Assembly: GCF_037042905.1 (NCBI RefSeq)
Contig: NC_087252.1
Location: forward strand, 26,724,001 to 26,788,000
From: Lytechinus pictus
Lineage: Eukaryota
Direction of reading: 5' to 3'
DNA length: 64,000 nt
Made by a program: the position numbers and the translations under genes. The notes under the pieces were generated by a model that was not told the origin of the DNA, searched no databases, and worked only from the letters and a program-made list of their open reading frames with translations. Shown in pieces: positions 60,601 to 64,000 of this stretch; within the stretch, counting starts at the first letter, position 1, and every line of letters starts with the position of its first letter.

Positions 60601-62559
60601 CAGTGGAGCGCGCCATTGAAAGGCCTTCCCGCCTAGCCGTATTGTTAGCGACGTTCGTGAGCATCACTTTGCTCACTCTCTAAAATGTCTGCGACATTAA
60701 AATCATAAAAACAATGGAATCGTTAAATTTCAGTGAGGCTATGAATGTTTATCATTTACGTTGACTATCAGTGTACCAACATATACCAAATTTAAAATCA
60801 AGTGTTGGTAAGACGTTGAATTATCAGTCATTTCGATGCAAACCCAAAATTGATGAAAATATAACAGAAATTTGATATAGCATTGCAAAATCCTTATTTT
60901 TGAATCACCTTAATTTTTTATTTTCTTTAAAAGCATCTTAGTACATTTCCTAGAATTTTTCATAACTGATAACGGTGGTGGATTATTGATTCTAGTTTTT
61001 TTAAGGAAATGACAGGCATTTGAAATCAGGTAAATTTTTAAAAGAAAATCGTTAGATTCGAACAACTTACTAATAGTTCTCCGAAAGAAGAGTTATATTC
61101 TATGTTTTGTGTTGTAAATGATACATGACGATAAATTTTACGAGTATATCAATGCATGTTGGATAACCTTTTCCACGATGAGTTTCGTAATTGAGAGAAA
61201 AATCAAGTTCATTCCTAGCACACGAGCCGCAGAATGATAAATTTTAGCGTGCGCACACGGGCTGATCGCCGTGTCTGCCGGGACGGATATCTAGTCCCAT
61301 ACTGGTGTAAGGTGGTATTTTCCACGTACCTTTTCCCCTTGTAATGATCACTTCGCACTTTAGTGCTTAATTTTGACACTTAATCTGTGAAATTAATGGT
61401 TTAACGATTTTGGAAAATGCTCGGAATATACCTGACACATAAATGATTTCATTTTCGAGAATTATTATTTCTTTCCTGAATTACCAAAAGGCAAATTTAG
61501 GTCAAGATTGCATTATGTAACATACTCACATTGACTGTATACGTAGCGCATATCTATTACAAATGTCCAGATGAAAATATATGTTATAGAATCATATTGT
61601 ATGCAAAAATCATGATGGGTGTCATGGTCTGAGTTTTCTTTGTGTATACTGCATGATTCCAATTTCATTTGAACATGTCATTGTATGCAATGGCAATTTC
61701 AATCAGTTTATAATTATATTTTGTTTAATCAGCGTTTATTCTTCAATGTGCAGAATTGGTTTGCAAGCAGTTTTTACACCAAAGAGCTCATTCCTGGCAC
61801 TTCGACTAAAGATGGATATGATACTTTATTAATAACGGTTATCCATTTTTAAAAACAATATTTATTTACTGCAGCCAAGGAGTTCCTGACAAAATTCATT
61901 TCTTTGACTATAAACTAGTATGAATGTCCCCGGAATGGTCTTAAGATAAAAAAGAAATACCTTTTTTTCCGCAAATGAATATACTTTACTAGTTGTAGCT
62001 GTAAAATTACTGTGCTTTCCTTTCCTCTTAATTTAATATTTTAGTATTTCATTTACATAACCTAAATGAAGGAGGATTCGGAACGATAATTGTATGATGA
62101 TTGAAAGGACCCCTCCCCCAAAAAAAAATAATAATGAATTAGAATAAATGAATAAATGATTACATGAATAAATGAATAGATGAATAAATGAATAAATAAA
62201 TAAATGAAATTAAAAAATAAAAGTCAGTAATCTTTAACAGAATAGTTCGAAAGCTTATTTCCAGTGGGGTCCTCAACACGTATATTATAATCATAAAAGG
62301 TAAAATCTGTTTACACTATAAAAACCAATAGGAATTACTATTAAAAATAAAAAAGATCTTGAGATGGTATGTACAAGAAATATATAAAAAAAAAAATAGA
62401 AAGAAGAAATTAGAAGGTATGATGTTGTCTCAAGCGGATCGGGAGAAGGGGGCGTTCCTTTCCCCCTCTCTTTCATATAAACCTGGTGAGTTATGTATAA
62501 TATTATCTCAATATTAATTCTATAACAAACTACTTAAAATCCTCATTTCATGACAGTTT

Positions 62560-64000
62560 AACAAAAAATTCGGTTTGCGATTTGCGCTCGCATTGATTGT
62601 TGAAAATATATTAACTCGTGCATCATAATTACAAAAGTGCTTTAAATATCCAGTTTTCAAGCCATAATATTAAGAGATTTCGCGCTCTCATTAGGCTTAT
62701 TACATTAATAAATAAGATATTGATTTAATAATCACTATGTCATTTTTTTAGAATGGAATATCGACAAGTTTTATTTCGTGCTAAGGAAGAGAAATAGGAA
62801 GATAGTCATCATTTTCATTTGATGACAAAATGTTCTTAGGATGTCCCGGTCCTATATGTCAAAGCTAAAAGGAATAATATTAAAACATATCAGCTTATTT
62901 TAAACTGTGATCCATATCCACCTCACAATTTTCCTACAAAGTGCTTGAAATACAGAGCTTAAATTGTCCCTTTTTCAGATCGGAATATCAAATGTTTTAA
63001 GCTCGCACTTCGCACTCGCTTTATTGATTTTCATGATAAAAAAAGTAATTTAGAATGCCCAGATTCTAGGTCGCGCATGTTTATTCAGATACGCAGCTTG
63101 TTCTCTATTTTAAACCGTGATTACACTGTCTTGATCGGCTTTTGGTTCAGAACCAAAAGCCGATGCAGAATCGGCTTTTGGTTTATCTTGCACTGCGTTT
63201 ACACGCTGTTACAGCTCACGGTTCAGAACCGCGAGCCGATGCAAAAGCCGATTTAGTGTAAACACGGTATAAATCATCCAATATATCAGGCATTTTCTGC
63301 TCGCGCTTTGTGCTCGCATTATTAATGTAGAAATATTTCCAATTATCATTTTCATAGTGTAGTAGGTTTCACGGTACACCATGTATCTTTCTTGTGCATA
63401 TGTTGGTCCTGAAAAGGACCACCCAATCTCGACGTTTCGACAAGTGTGTTCTTGTCGTCCTCAGGAGAATTGTCGTCCTCATTTTCATGATTTACAAAAA
63501 ATTAGCAGTGTCCCATTTTTAGGTGTAAATCTCGATTTTTTTCCGCATGCGCTTCGCGCTCGCATAAATTGTTTAGTTATATACTTATCCTTATCACGAT
63601 TACAAAAAGTGCTTAGAATTTCCATACTTCGTTTAGAAATGTCAAAATTTTCAGCTAACGCTTTTCGCTCGCATTATTTGATTGTTGAAAAAATGTAAGA
63701 TCTTCATGGCTAACTATAAACAGCCGTTAACAGATCCCTTTTTGATCAGATAAAATATATATTAAAATTTTATGTTCGCGCTTCGCGCTCGCAGTAATTA
63801 TTTAGTTGGTGGATAAACATTTGGTTTAGGATCACAAACATTGCCCAGAATATTGAAATTTTAGGACAAAATACTTTGAAAAAAAATAGCTCGCTCTTTG
63901 CACTCGCACTATTTAAATAAGGCTTATGAGATTATTATATATTTATGTTGATTTATAAGAATAAAGCTTAGAAATGACTTTTATAAGACTACCCCTTCAA
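62560..64000. repeat. Degenerate gctcgcgcttcgcgctcgca-containing repeats (interior of a hAT-like element, running off the window)
   Basis: The motif recurs roughly every 100-120 bp and is the same as the one inside 14279-15175. Confidence 0.6.
63114..63268. mobile_element. Short palindromic MITE
   Basis: accgtgattacact / agtgtaaacacggt termini; internal atcggcttttggtt..aaccaaaagccgat hairpin. Confidence 0.65.

Noticed and set aside
60600..61320. CpG-richer patches as a promoter of a neighbouring gene
   Set aside because: No associated exon or ORF could be identified.

Overview
This is AT-rich, intron-containing animal genomic DNA. The repeat families and gene type suggest an echinoderm, probably a sea urchin (inference). 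One multi-exon + strand gene can be assembled by hand across 16192-43199. It has 12 coding exons with GT-AG junctions and consistent phases, 2742 nt, 913 aa. Its architecture is: short N-terminal exons, a degenerate LRR-like exon, an acidic linker, ZU5 ending in an HFSW motif, a UPA-like region and a C-terminal death domain. That resembles PIDD/UNC5CL, with no NACHT or transmembrane segment visible. The gene also carries a decayed ZU5 exon copy in intron 4 and a 123-bp tandem duplication that doubles one splice acceptor. The rest is a dense, nested transposon landscape: an ~11-kb foldback element (1624-12566), TAG...CTA Academ-like elements (including a perfect 214-bp hairpin with a 9-bp TSD), hAT-, Kolobok-, Tc1/mariner-, Mutator- and Helentron-like non-autonomous elements, four tRNA-derived SINEs and several decayed LINEs. 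No intact transposase, rRNA, true tRNA or CRISPR array was seen. Coordinates were counted by hand and family assignments come from termini, TSDs and motifs, not database searches.
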